Positions 27,990-37,694 of a stretch of DNA of 64,000 bases are shown piece by piece (position 1 is the stretch's first letter; every line of letters starts with the position of its first letter). The notes under the pieces are model-generated. The model searched no databases and had not been told where the DNA came from. It saw only the letters and a list, made by a program, of their open reading frames with translations. Position numbers and translations under genes: made by a program. The DNA comes from Salinispira sp. (lineage in GTDB: Bacteria > Spirochaetota > Spirochaetia > DSM-27196 > Salinispiraceae): positions 1,056,001 through 1,120,000 of the forward strand of contig OZ271918.1 of NCBI GenBank assembly GCA_965602015.1. Reading direction: 5' to 3'.

Positions 27990-29504
27990 GTGAACCACAG
28001 TGCAGCTAAAAAAAAGACGGTGATTATCGGGGCGGGTTTCGGCGGTTTGGCCTCTGCCCTCTATCTGGCCTCCAAGGGCAGGTCTGTCGCCGTATACGAC
28101 AAACGGGATCAACCGGGCGGCAAGGCCTACTCCTTTAGCCTCGGGGAATACCGGTTCGATGCCGGTCCCAGCCTCTTCACCCTCCGGGATTATTTTGAAG
28201 AGCTTTTTTCCCTCTCGGGGGCCCGATTTTCCGACTATGTAGAAACAATTGAACTTGACCCCATCACCAGCTATTTCTTCGCCGACGGCAGCACAATCCG
28301 CAGCAGACCGGGAAAGGCTTTTCTCGATGAGGTGGAACAGTTCGCCCCGAATCAGCGGGAGGGTATGATGCGGTACCTGGAGTACTCGAAGCGCATACTC
28401 GACATCAGTGAGGACCTCTTTCTCAAGAATCCGTTGAGTCACTGGAAATCCGGCGGTCCTCTGACCGCGGTTAAAAACCTTATGAAGCTCGGGGGAATAG
28501 ACGTTTTCCGCCGCATGCACAATGCCAACTCGGGCTTCGTGTCTGATCCTCGGTTAATCCAGCTTCTCGACCGCTTCGCGACATATAACGGGTCCAATCC
28601 ATATCTGGCGCCGGCGGCTCTCAACTGCATAGCCTGGGTGGAACACGGACGCCCGGTGTATGCCCTTCGTCATGGAATCGCAGCCATCCCTGCGGCCATG
28701 GAAAAGCGTGCGAGGGAGCTGGGGGTTGAGTTTCACTATGGAAAAGAACTGATGTCGTTCCAGCCTCCTGATTCGGGTGCGGATAAGTTCCGCCTGCATT
28801 TTTCCGACGGCGAAATTGTGCGAGCCGATAAACTCATCGCCGATGTGGACATCCTGCGATGGTACGAAGACATCGCCAAAACTCCTAAGCGTCATGCGGC
28901 AAAACGCTATAGAAGGCAACCCTCCAGTTCCTCGGCAGTGGTGTTCTTTTGGGGAGTTAAAGAAGCGTTCCCCCGCTTGGGGCTGCACAACATATTCTTC
29001 TCGTCGGATTACCGGCATGAGTTCGACCAGATTCACCGGGAAAAAAAACTGCCCGATGATCCGACGGTGTATGTAAACATCGGGTCGAAATTCAGCCCCG
29101 AGGATGCTCCGGAGGGCTGTGAAAACTGGTTCGTCATGGTCAATGCTCCCTGGCACAGCGAGGGGCGTTCCTGGGAAAAGGATATCGGAAAGCTTCGCTC
29201 GACGGTAATCGAACGGATAAATCGGGACCTCGGGACCAACCTCAGCCCGCTCATTGCGGAGGAGAGGATTCTCAGTCCCGACATAATAGAGGAAGAAACC
29301 GGCAGTTATCGCGGCAGTCTGTACGGAATCAGTTCAAACAATATGACCGCCGCGTTTCGCCGACACCCGAACCGGTCGCCCTATTTGAGGGGTTTGTACC
29401 ACTGCGGCGGAAGCGTACACCCGGGCGGCGGCATGCCCCTTGCCGTCAGTTCAGGCATGATAGCTGCCCGACAACTTTTGGAGGATGAAAGTGGAAGCAA
29501 GTAA
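27990..29504 (+). CDS. crtD: Phytoene-desaturase-family FAD oxidoreductase, probably 1-hydroxycarotenoid 3,4-desaturase
   Basis: GAGFGG, FDAGPSLFT, RFATYNGSNPY, GSLYGISSN, GSVHPGGGMP; adjacent to cruF. Confidence 0.75.
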   Translation: MNHSAAKKKTVIIGAGFGGLASALYLASKGRSVAVYDKRDQPGGKAYSFSLGEYRFDAGPSLFTLRDYFEELFSLSGARFSDYVETIELDPITSYFFADGSTIRSRPGKAFLDEVEQFAPNQREGMMRYLEYSKRILDISEDLFLKNPLSHWKSGGPLTAVKNLMKLGGIDVFRRMHNANSGFVSDPRLIQLLDRFATYNGSNPYLAPAALNCIAWVEHGRPVYALRHGIAAIPAAMEKRARELGVEFHYGKELMSFQPPDSGADKFRLHFSDGEIVRADKLIADVDILRWYEDIAKTPKRHAAKRYRRQPSSSSAVVFFWGVKEAFPRLGLHNIFFSSDYRHEFDQIHREKKLPDDPTVYVNIGSKFSPEDAPEGCENWFVMVNAPWHSEGRSWEKDIGKLRSTVIERINRDLGTNLSPLIAEERILSPDIIEEETGSYRGSLYGISSNNMTAAFRRHPNRSPYLRGLYHCGGSVHPGGGMPLAVSSGMIAARQLLEDESGSK

Positions 29505-30252
29505 GAAACCCTATGTTCCGGCTCTGGCCCTTGGGGTTATTCTCATTATGTATGCCGTAGGAGTGGTCGGACATGTGGTTCCGTTTTTTCTGCCGCTGAT
29601 GATTACCCTGACCCCGTGGATTCTTCTGGGATTCGCTGTGGTGACCATAGTCATGACTCTCATTTCACCCCGGCGCAGCGCCGCGGAAAAGCGGAACATA
29701 ATGATCTGGCTTGGGGTTACCTGGATAGCCACATTCATCCTGGAAGCCGTGGGGGTGGAGACCGGCAAGGTTTTCGGGGAGTACTACTACGGCGAAACCC
29801 TCGGTCCCCAGCTTTTTGAGACTCCGGTAATCATCGGCCTTAACTGGTGCATAATTATTTTTGGTATTTCAGAAACCCTGAGAATGAAGCGCTTCAGCCT
29901 TCTGGCAGCCCTTATCGGGGTGCCGATCGGCGCGGTGCTGTTCGATATCGCCCTGGAGCCGGTAGCCATGTCGGTTCTCGACTACTGGACCTGGCCCGGA
30001 GGAACAGTTCCCCTGCAAAATTACATTGCCTGGGGTGTGATCAGCTTTGTTTTCGCCATTCTGTATTTCCTGATGATTCCCTATCCCCTGCCGGACCGGG
30101 ACTTTGGGAAGCCCGAGCCCGGTGCCGACGGGCGCAGGAAGGCCGTTGATATGCTGTTCTACCGCAGCGACAAATATTTCCCGGGCTTATACGTGGCCGT
30201 TCAGTTCCTGTTTATCTTCTCGCTCAACCGCCTTCTGCCATTTATCGGATAG
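29485..30252 (+). CDS. cruF: Carotenoid 1,2-hydratase (CruF family membrane protein)
   Basis: EAVGVETGKVFGEYYYG, NW, FDIALEPVA, YWTW, VPLQNYIAW. Confidence 0.82.
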   Translation: MKVEASKKPYVPALALGVILIMYAVGVVGHVVPFFLPLMITLTPWILLGFAVVTIVMTLISPRRSAAEKRNIMIWLGVTWIATFILEAVGVETGKVFGEYYYGETLGPQLFETPVIIGLNWCIIIFGISETLRMKRFSLLAALIGVPIGAVLFDIALEPVAMSVLDYWTWPGGTVPLQNYIAWGVISFVFAILYFLMIPYPLPDRDFGKPEPGADGRRKAVDMLFYRSDKYFPGLYVAVQFLFIFSLNRLLPFIG

Positions 30253-30942
30253 GACGGATCGGCGGCTCAGTATGACTATCAGCGCGCCGAGCAGCACAAA
30301 AAACGAGATGACCATCGCCAGCTGTGCGGCGTAGACCGGGGGGTTCCGGTTTGCGAAATCGAGAAAGAAATATCTGAAGCTGCCGGTAAGCAAACCTTCG
30401 ATGCTCCCGTATACGGCATAGAGTAGCGGGTATATGAGCCAGAACCCCAGGTATTTCCAGGGGTATTTCCCCGGTTTTCTGTTGGTCAGCCAGTCGAGCA
30501 GAAAGAGCAGGGGGGTTACTCCGTGGTTAATGTTGAGGACCAGGAGATCGAATCCCTGACTCTGGGTATTTCCCGCCAGAAGCAGGTTGTATACAAGCCC
30601 GGTAATAAGAATATAGAGGAGAACGGCGCCGTGAACCGACGGTGGCAGTTTACCTGCTCCGACCGGGGAGTCATACCGGGCGCTTCCGTCTTGGTGCCCG
30701 TCTGTCTGCATCTCTATGTGTCTGTCTATGTGCCTGTCTATGTGTCTGGCGGTTTTGCTTCGGCGGGTGATTTCTGTGAGCAAAAACAGACAGACCATAA
30801 TGTTACTCTGCACTGTAAAGTAGCCGAAGATAAATGCGGCATTTCCCCTTGTCATGGAAATCACCAGCCGGCTAATGGTACCTACAACGGCTACCACACA
30901 GGTGAGGTATCTCAAGACGCTTGCTGTACTTCTCAGTTTCAT
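30187..30942 (-). CDS. Pr6Pr / FAR-17a-AIG1-like integral membrane protein
   Basis: YFTVQSN, NHGVTP, LDW, IYPLLY, YFFLD; start uncertain (ATG 30942 or 30990); overlaps cruF 3' end. Confidence 0.72.
   Translation of the reverse strand: MKLRSTASVLRYLTCVVAVVGTISRLVISMTRGNAAFIFGYFTVQSNIMVCLFLLTEITRRSKTARHIDRHIDRHIEMQTDGHQDGSARYDSPVGAGKLPPSVHGAVLLYILITGLVYNLLLAGNTQSQGFDLLVLNINHGVTPLLFLLDWLTNRKPGKYPWKYLGFWLIYPLLYAVYGSIEGLLTGSFRYFFLDFANRNPPVYAAQLAMVISFFVLLGALIVILSRRSVLSDKWQKAVEREDKQELNGHV
30713..30748. repeat. 3 x 12-bp in-frame tandem repeat (TCTATGTGTCTG) encoding RHID RHID RHIE
   Basis: tctatgtgtctg tctatgtgcctg tctatgtgtctg. Confidence 0.85.
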
Positions 30943-31019
30943 CGCTGCAATCTTCTCCGTGATGCTGAATATTTTACCTGGACGATGCAATGTCGCTGAC
31001 TATATGTTAGTCTAATACC

Positions 31020-32147
31020 ATGGGAATGTTAAATCCACGAGCGGAACGAACGATTATCGCCCTGCTGGCCACCATTGCGGTTTTTCTCATTTTGGGTTTC
31101 CTGAAACTTGCGGGAACCGTGCTTATTCCCTTTATTGTGGCGTTTTTACTGTCGTTTGTGCTCAATCCCGCGGTGGAAGCGTTGGTTAAAATCCGTATTC
31201 CCCGAATTATCGCCATTATAATTATCATTCTCATTCTGCTGGGACTCAGTTTCCTGGTCGGGCTTATACTCTACGAGTCCGTTCAAAGCATACTGAGCAA
31301 TTTCGGAAAGTATCAGCAGCGATACCTCGATCTCATCGCTTTCGCCTCCGAAACCTTCAATCTACCGGCTGATTACTTCGAAACCCTCGAGCTGACCGGC
31401 ACCATCCTGTCGCTGGTAGGGCAGGTGTCGTCCAATCTTGTGGGATTTCTGGGAAACGTATCGCTAGTTCTGATTTTTATGCTGTTTCTGTTTCTTGAAA
31501 AGCCCTTGATAAGGCGGAAACTTGTGGATGCCATCCGGCATGATGAAACCGAACGCCTCGCCCGGATATTCGCCGACATCACCAAACAGGTAGGCCGGTA
31601 CCTCTTTGTAAAATTCTTTGTCAGCACGCTCACGGCGATTGTGGTTTATTTCGGTTTCTCCCTCATAGGGGTTGATTTTGCATTCATTTGGGCTGTGCTC
31701 ACCTTCCTGTTCAACTTCATTCCGACCATCGGATCCATAACCATATCGGCCGTTACCGCTGCCTTCGCGGTTATTCAGTTCTTTCCTACATATCAGCCGA
31801 TTGTCCTGGCCATGCTTGCCATGGCGGTGCCCCAGCTGATCATCGGAAATATCCTGGATCCGAAGCTGCTGGGAAACAGTCTGAATTTGTCGCCGGTGGT
31901 TATCCTCATCGCCCTTTTGATTTGGGGATACCTCTGGGGCGTGGCAGGCCTCTTCCTCGCGGTCCCGCTGACAGTCGGCTTGAAAATTATCTTCGAGCAT
32001 TTCCCAAATATGCGTTATATCGGTATAATCATGGGAACCGGCACGTTCAGCGAAACTGAAGAGCGCCGAAAACAGCGGATGCTGCGCAACAAGGCGAAGG
32101 CCGAAGAGAAACTTCAGGAAAAAGCCAATACTCCTTTAGAGAGCTGA
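31020..32147 (+). CDS. AI-2E family transporter
   Basis: [37 protein letters not shown]. Confidence 0.9.
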   Translation: MGMLNPRAERTIIALLATIAVFLILGFLKLAGTVLIPFIVAFLLSFVLNPAVEALVKIRIPRIIAIIIIILILLGLSFLVGLILYESVQSILSNFGKYQQRYLDLIAFASETFNLPADYFETLELTGTILSLVGQVSSNLVGFLGNVSLVLIFMLFLFLEKPLIRRKLVDAIRHDETERLARIFADITKQVGRYLFVKFFVSTLTAIVVYFGFSLIGVDFAFIWAVLTFLFNFIPTIGSITISAVTAAFAVIQFFPTYQPIVLAMLAMAVPQLIIGNILDPKLLGNSLNLSPVVILIALLIWGYLWGVAGLFLAVPLTVGLKIIFEHFPNMRYIGIIMGTGTFSETEERRKQRMLRNKAKAEEKLQEKANTPLES

Positions 32148-32193
32148 TCGGGCTCTCGATTTCCTTCCCCGCAAAGCATCACAGGAGTACATC

Positions 32194-33246
32194 ATGGAGA
32201 AAAAACGCTTACTCACGGGAGACCGGCCCACGGGCAAGCTCCACCTGGGCCACTATGTGGGCTCCCTTCAAAACAGGGTTAAGCTTCAGGACAGGTATGA
32301 CTCGTTCATTTTTGTGGCTGACCTGCATATGCTCACCACAAAACCGAGCAAGGAAGCAATCGAAAAGGTCAGCGAAAATGCCCGGGAAATTGTGCTCGAT
32401 TACCTGGCCTGCGGCATCGATCCGGAAAAAGCCACGATTTACATGCAATCCGCACTTCACGAGGTCTACGAGCTGAACCTTATTCTTGAGATGCTGGTGA
32501 GCGTACCGCGACTCGAGCGGCTACCGAGCCTGAAAGATATGGCAAGGGACGCCCATCTGAATGAAATGCCCTTCGGTCTGTTGGGGTATCCGGTACTCCA
32601 AAGCGCGGACATACTTCTTCCCCGGGCCCATGTTGTTCCCGTCGGCAAGGATAACGAAGCGCATGTTGAGCTGACCAGGGAGATTGCCAGGCGCTTCAAC
32701 CACCACTACGGCGAGGTGTTTCCCATCCCCGACTCAATCATCGGCACCGCCACCCTTGTGGGAACCGACGGCCAGGCGAAGATGTCCAAGAGTCTGAACA
32801 ACGCGATCCTTCTGTCCGATGATGCAAAAACCGTCGAGAAGCGGGTCAAGGGAATGTTTACCGACCCGAACAGGATTCGGGCTGACATCCCCGGTACCGT
32901 CGAGGGCAACCCGGTGTTTATCTATCACGACATGTTTAATCCCGATAAGGCGGAAATCGAGGACCTGAAAAAACGCTACAAGGCAGGCAGCGTCGGCGAT
33001 GTAGAAGTCAAGGAGAAGCTCGCACGGGCGCTAAACGCGTTTATGGATCCGCTGCGGGAGCGACGGGAAATGTACGCAAATGATTCGGGATTCGTCGATG
33101 AGGTGATTTACAACGGTACGGTTAAAATGCGGGAGATAGCCCGGGAAACCCTCATAGAGACCAAGAAAGCCATGGGCCTCACCGGAGCGTGGAACCGCAT
33201 TAGCCGCAAGGCCGAAAAGTACCGGAAAAAGCGGGAGAAGTCCTGA
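32194..33246 (+). CDS. trpS: Tryptophan-tRNA ligase
   Basis: [29 protein letters not shown]. Confidence 0.96.
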   Translation: MEKKRLLTGDRPTGKLHLGHYVGSLQNRVKLQDRYDSFIFVADLHMLTTKPSKEAIEKVSENAREIVLDYLACGIDPEKATIYMQSALHEVYELNLILEMLVSVPRLERLPSLKDMARDAHLNEMPFGLLGYPVLQSADILLPRAHVVPVGKDNEAHVELTREIARRFNHHYGEVFPIPDSIIGTATLVGTDGQAKMSKSLNNAILLSDDAKTVEKRVKGMFTDPNRIRADIPGTVEGNPVFIYHDMFNPDKAEIEDLKKRYKAGSVGDVEVKEKLARALNAFMDPLRERREMYANDSGFVDEVIYNGTVKMREIARETLIETKKAMGLTGAWNRISRKAEKYRKKREKS

Positions 33247-33248
33247 AG

Positions 33249-33941
33249 ATGGCATCAGGCGGTAAAATTGAAGCTGTCCTCTTCGATATGGACGGAACCC
33301 TCGTCGATTCAGAACCCCTGTGGCACCGGGCCGATGAGGCCTGGCTCGGCACTCACGGCATTGAGCTCAGCGATGATGAGTGGATTCACATCGTCGGTCT
33401 CGGCGGCGGGCCCTTCGTCAGGATGCTCATGGATAAAAAGGGACTACAGGGCGAGTATGATCAGCTTCTGCGGGAAAAAAACTCGGTGTTCCAAAAGCTG
33501 GCCGCCACCGATTCGGTACCCTTTCGGGAAATGTTTGGACTGGCGCACTCCCTCAAGCAACGGGGTGGAAAAATTGCCGTCGCATCAGCTTCCAGCTGTG
33601 AGATAATCCATACCACCCTGGCATGCGTGGGAGAGGCGGACAGCTTCCACGGCGAGTTTTCCAGCGACATGGTGGAGCACAGCAAGCCGGCGCCCGACCT
33701 CTTTTTATATGCCGCCGACAAGCTCGGTGTGACTGCAGATACATGCCTGGTGATCGAAGACAGCCAATACGGTGTTGAAGCGGGAAAACGGGCGGGCATG
33801 ACGGTCGTCGCCGTGCCCTACCATATTCACGACCAGACCCGGGAGTATTTCGAAAAGGCTGACCTGCTTTTTCGCCGGGGAATGAAGGACTTCACCGCCG
33901 AATTGGTACTTACCTGGCTTGAGGATCGGGAGCTGTTGTAG
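33249..33941 (+). CDS. HAD-family phosphatase (beta-PGM-like)
   Basis: FDMDGTLVDSE, VASAS, KPAPD, IEDS. Confidence 0.9.
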   Translation: MASGGKIEAVLFDMDGTLVDSEPLWHRADEAWLGTHGIELSDDEWIHIVGLGGGPFVRMLMDKKGLQGEYDQLLREKNSVFQKLAATDSVPFREMFGLAHSLKQRGGKIAVASASSCEIIHTTLACVGEADSFHGEFSSDMVEHSKPAPDLFLYAADKLGVTADTCLVIEDSQYGVEAGKRAGMTVVAVPYHIHDQTREYFEKADLLFRRGMKDFTAELVLTWLEDRELL

Positions 33942-34807
33942 TGCCGGGCAATGATTCTCCCGATTTTCCCTCCAATACTTCAATAAACGGGTTTCAGAAA
34001 AAGATATTGGCATTCTATGAAGACTACGGACGTTCAATGCCCTGGCGCGATGACGTCAGTCCGTACAGCATCTTCCTTTCGGAGGTCATGCTGCAGCAGA
34101 CCCAGGTTTCCCGGGTAACGGATTACTACTGGACGTTTATGAATCGCTTCCCGGACTTTTCTTCCCTCGCCGACGCCGAACTGCAGGAGGTGCTGGATGT
34201 CTGGAAGGGACTCGGGTATAACCGGCGCGCCAGGTTCCTCCGGGAGGCCGCGAGGATAATTTGTGAACAGTACGCCGGCCGGCTTCCCGCAGATCCCGAT
34301 GAGCTGATCAAACTTCCGGGAATCGGAAAAAATACCGCTGGTTCCATATCGGCCTTTGCATTTAATCTTCCGGTGGCTTTTATCGAGACCAATATCCGTC
34401 GGGTTTTTATATACGAGTTCTTTCCCGGTGATGAAGAGGTTCACGACAGGCGGATTATGCCGCTTATAGAGGCGACGCTCCCCCAAGACAACGCCCGTCG
34501 ATGGTATTGGGCACTCATGGATTACGGCGTCAGCCTAAAAGGAGAGGGCCGGCAGGCAAACCGAAAAAGCGCTCACTACAGCCGACAAAGCCCCTTCGAA
34601 GGCTCTGCCCGGCAATTGAGGGGAGAAATCCTTCGCCAGCTTGGGAGGCGCGGTGGGGTCGGCATCGGCGAGCTGGACCGCGGCATTAGGGCTGCCCTCC
34701 CGAAGCATCCGTATGATGTGACGCTGTTGACCAAGATCCTGAGTGACCTGGACCGGGAGGGATTCGTAACCGGCGAGGCCGGCGGGATATACCGCATCGC
34801 AGATTAA
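33941..34807 (+). CDS. mutY: A/G-specific adenine glycosylase, short form without Fe-S cysteines
   Basis: MPWR, SEVMLQQTQV, WKGLGYNRRA, HhH LPGIGKNTA, ALMDYG. Confidence 0.85.
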   Translation: MPGNDSPDFPSNTSINGFQKKILAFYEDYGRSMPWRDDVSPYSIFLSEVMLQQTQVSRVTDYYWTFMNRFPDFSSLADAELQEVLDVWKGLGYNRRARFLREAARIICEQYAGRLPADPDELIKLPGIGKNTAGSISAFAFNLPVAFIETNIRRVFIYEFFPGDEEVHDRRIMPLIEATLPQDNARRWYWALMDYGVSLKGEGRQANRKSAHYSRQSPFEGSARQLRGEILRQLGRRGGVGIGELDRGIRAALPKHPYDVTLLTKILSDLDREGFVTGEAGGIYRIAD

Positions 34808-34819
34808 GACACTGCTGGT

Positions 34820-35806
34820 TCAGTACACCCAGCTTGCGGCGGCCACCGCCAGGCCGGCACCCGAGGCGACGGCCATCACCTTGTCGCCCCGTTTTATCCG
34901 TCCTTCCCGGACCGCCTCATGGAAGGCCATGGGAATGCAGGCGCTGCCGGTGTATCCATACCGGTCCATTACCGCGGTTGTTTTATCCATGCCCTGTCCG
35001 AGAATCTCCATTACCTGGGCGATAACCGACAGATTGATCTGGGTAAACAGGTAGTGATCGATATCATCTCTTTCAAGGTTGATTTTTTCTAAGAGCTTGT
35101 CGACCATCTCGGGCCATAGCTTTACATTTCGGTCGCCGGGCAGGCGCTGAAGGAGCTGAAGGCCGTATTCACCGGATTCAAGCCGCTGGCGGGTTACCGG
35201 CTGCCGGGTAGCCCCGGAGTACACGCCCACATAGTCGAACTGGGTCCCGTCGGCAAGGAGCTGGCCGCCCAGGTATTTGTCGCTTTTTTCGAGAATAAAA
35301 GCGGCTGCCCCGTCGGCGAAAATAGAGTAGCCGAAGCTGTCCCCAGGCCGGACGAAGGCGGGCATATTGTACAGGCCGATGACGCATGCGTAGCGCATGC
35401 CGGGGTCGGCGGCCAGAAGTGCCTGGGCGCTGTGCAGGGCCGCGACAAAACTCGAACAGCTGGCGTTGACGTCGAAGGTGCCGCAATACCGCTGTCCGCC
35501 CTGGATCCGTCCCTGCACGATCATGCTGGTTGCCGGTGAAATGTATTCAGGGGTGTCGCTGGCCACGATAAACAGCCCGATGTCTTCCGCGTTGATGCCG
35601 CCGGCGAGAATGGCGTCCCGGGCAGCCTTTTCAGCGAAGTCGGCGCTGGTTTCATCCAATCCGCGCAGATGGGCGATGTGGCGCTTTTCAATGCCGAGTT
35701 TGGCCTTTGTCCGATCCCCGTCGAATTCTATTCCCGCCAGTTCCATCAGCTCCAGATTATCAATAGCCTCTCCCGGGACATAAAGCCCCGTTGATACGAT
35801 GTTCAT
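34820..35806 (-). CDS. KAS III (FabH)-like protein with non-canonical active site (Cys/Thr/Tyr)
   Basis: DVNASCSSF, FADGA, YLFTQIN, YGYTGSAC, SGAG. Confidence 0.85.
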   Translation of the reverse strand: MNIVSTGLYVPGEAIDNLELMELAGIEFDGDRTKAKLGIEKRHIAHLRGLDETSADFAEKAARDAILAGGINAEDIGLFIVASDTPEYISPATSMIVQGRIQGGQRYCGTFDVNASCSSFVAALHSAQALLAADPGMRYACVIGLYNMPAFVRPGDSFGYSIFADGAAAFILEKSDKYLGGQLLADGTQFDYVGVYSGATRQPVTRQRLESGEYGLQLLQRLPGDRNVKLWPEMVDKLLEKINLERDDIDHYLFTQINLSVIAQVMEILGQGMDKTTAVMDRYGYTGSACIPMAFHEAVREGRIKRGDKVMAVASGAGLAVAAASWVY

Positions 35807-36915
35807 TCCTTGACTCCTTTGTGTAGTAGCCCGGCCAGCTCATGAATAAAACCGGGAATATCGCCGATTCTCCGGTTCAGCAGGGCTTCGATGCCCACAT
35901 AATGGGACAATCCCATGAGAAAATTCGCAACCATCCGCCTATCATCTTCATCGAACATATCGAGGTTATGCATGTACCCCGCTTCGAAGGCATCGTAGTA
36001 CCGGCGGACCCAGGGCTTGGCGACGAATTCCGCCTCCCTCACGATGGCATAGTAGTCGCTGTGTTTGCTGAAATAGCTGAGAAAATGCCATACGCCGTAT
36101 ACCTCCCGCTCAAGACTGCTGGGATGGGTGGTGGATTTCTCCCGCAAATATCGCCGGGTTTCCTGTCCGATTTGTTCAACGATGATGGAAAAAAACTGCT
36201 CCTTGCTCTCGAAGTGGGTATAAAAGGTGCCCACGGCGAGTTGGTTTGCCCGGACGATATCCGCAACGCCTATTGCGTGGTATCCTTTTTTACCGATTAA
36301 CTCCATTCCCGTGCGCAATAGTCGCCCGCGGCTGTCCTGGGGCTGATCCTCGGGAATTTCAGGAAAATCCGATGGTATGTCCAGCTTCCCGGGAGACTCA
36401 TTTGCAAACATGCCGTTGAGCACGAGCTTGGCGATAAGCCCGGAATTTCTCGGCAGACCGTCGTAAATGGCCCGGGTGGAAATGAAGCGAAGTCCCGATA
36501 TGATGTATAGATACTCGGCTTCAGTCACCGGACGCCGGTAAACCTGAGTGCAGCAGGCCATGTATATGCTCCGCAATCGGCTTTCATATTCGGGAAATCG
36601 ATACTGGCCTTCCCGGAAGACTGTTACCTGTTCGGCATGTTGTATTCCCGCATCCAGGATCACCGTATACAGGCGCTGTAAACGCTCCTCTACAGTTTCT
36701 CCGCCGATACCCGCCAGTTCATTTTCGAAGTCGCTGAGAAACTCGTCGAGCAGAAGGCGGACCAGCTCGGTCTTGTTGGGGAAATAGCGGTAGAACACTC
36801 CGTTGGAAACTTCGGCATCCCGGCAGATCTCCGCAATGGAAACCGTTTCGAACCATTGCCGGGAAAATAGCCGCAGGGCCGCGTTCTTGATTTTTTCCGG
36901 AGTGTTCTTGGCCAC
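35803..36915 (-). CDS. Tandem (double) TetR-family transcriptional regulator
   Basis: Two HTHs: SIAEIC..AEVSNGVFYRYF and GVADIV..NQLAVGTFYTHF. Confidence 0.88.
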   Translation of the reverse strand: MAKNTPEKIKNAALRLFSRQWFETVSIAEICRDAEVSNGVFYRYFPNKTELVRLLLDEFLSDFENELAGIGGETVEERLQRLYTVILDAGIQHAEQVTVFREGQYRFPEYESRLRSIYMACCTQVYRRPVTEAEYLYIISGLRFISTRAIYDGLPRNSGLIAKLVLNGMFANESPGKLDIPSDFPEIPEDQPQDSRGRLLRTGMELIGKKGYHAIGVADIVRANQLAVGTFYTHFESKEQFFSIIVEQIGQETRRYLREKSTTHPSSLEREVYGVWHFLSYFSKHSDYYAIVREAEFVAKPWVRRYYDAFEAGYMHNLDMFDEDDRRMVANFLMGLSHYVGIEALLNRRIGDIPGFIHELAGLLHKGVKE

Positions 36916-36916
36916 T

Positions 36917-37693
36917 TTACATATCCTTTATAAAACTGATAACCGCCTGACAAAACTCGTCGGGTATCTCCACCATGGGGCTGTGGCCGCAGGTATCGAA
37001 TTTGATGCGCTTTGCCGAGAAGAACTCCGCGGTCTGTTGTGCCCGGTCCTCGGTAATGAGGGGATCCATGGAGCCGTGCATGACTGCGACGGGAAGCGAG
37101 GCATCCCGCAGCTTGTCGGTAAAATCCGCGACCGAAAGGGCTTCGGCGTGTCCGATAAAGCAATCTCTGTTCATTTTCCAGGCGTCATCCACCAGAGCGG
37201 AATATAGTTCGTTATCCTGTATCATGGGCATTATAGATTTCAAGGCCTGGGCGAGAATGTTTTTGTCGGCCTTGTACGCTTCGATAGCCGGATAATGTTC
37301 CACCGGCGTAACAAGTCCCTCCACCGGCGCGGAATCCACCAGCACCATGGCGCGGGGAAACTGAGGCTTCTGGAAGAGCAGCTCCATGGCTACGGCGCCC
37401 CCGAGGCTGTGGCCTAAAACCACGGGATTATGCAGCTCGAGGCTGTGGGCGATAAAGCCCACCCAACGGGCGTAGTCCCCAATTGCCCAGCCCTCAATAG
37501 CCTCGGATTCCCCGAAATTGGGCATATCCGGGGCAATGACCTGCCCGGGATACCGCTCCGCCAGGGGTTCGAACCATCTTCCGCTTCCAAGGTTGCCGTG
37601 GATGCAAAGCAGAGTAGGAAGCGAGTCATCTTTGCCTTCGCTTCGCCTCAGTTGAATGAGCTTGTCGCGGATTCGCAGGCTGATTTGTTCCAT
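36917..37693 (-). CDS. Alpha/beta hydrolase (esterase; PHB-depolymerase-like)
   Basis: IHGN oxyanion, GHSLGG nucleophile, GSMD, GHSP. Confidence 0.88.
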   Translation of the reverse strand: MEQISLRIRDKLIQLRRSEGKDDSLPTLLCIHGNLGSGRWFEPLAERYPGQVIAPDMPNFGESEAIEGWAIGDYARWVGFIAHSLELHNPVVLGHSLGGAVAMELLFQKPQFPRAMVLVDSAPVEGLVTPVEHYPAIEAYKADKNILAQALKSIMPMIQDNELYSALVDDAWKMNRDCFIGHAEALSVADFTDKLRDASLPVAVMHGSMDPLITEDRAQQTAEFFSAKRIKFDTCGHSPMVEIPDEFCQAVISFIKDM

Positions 37694-37694
37694 T

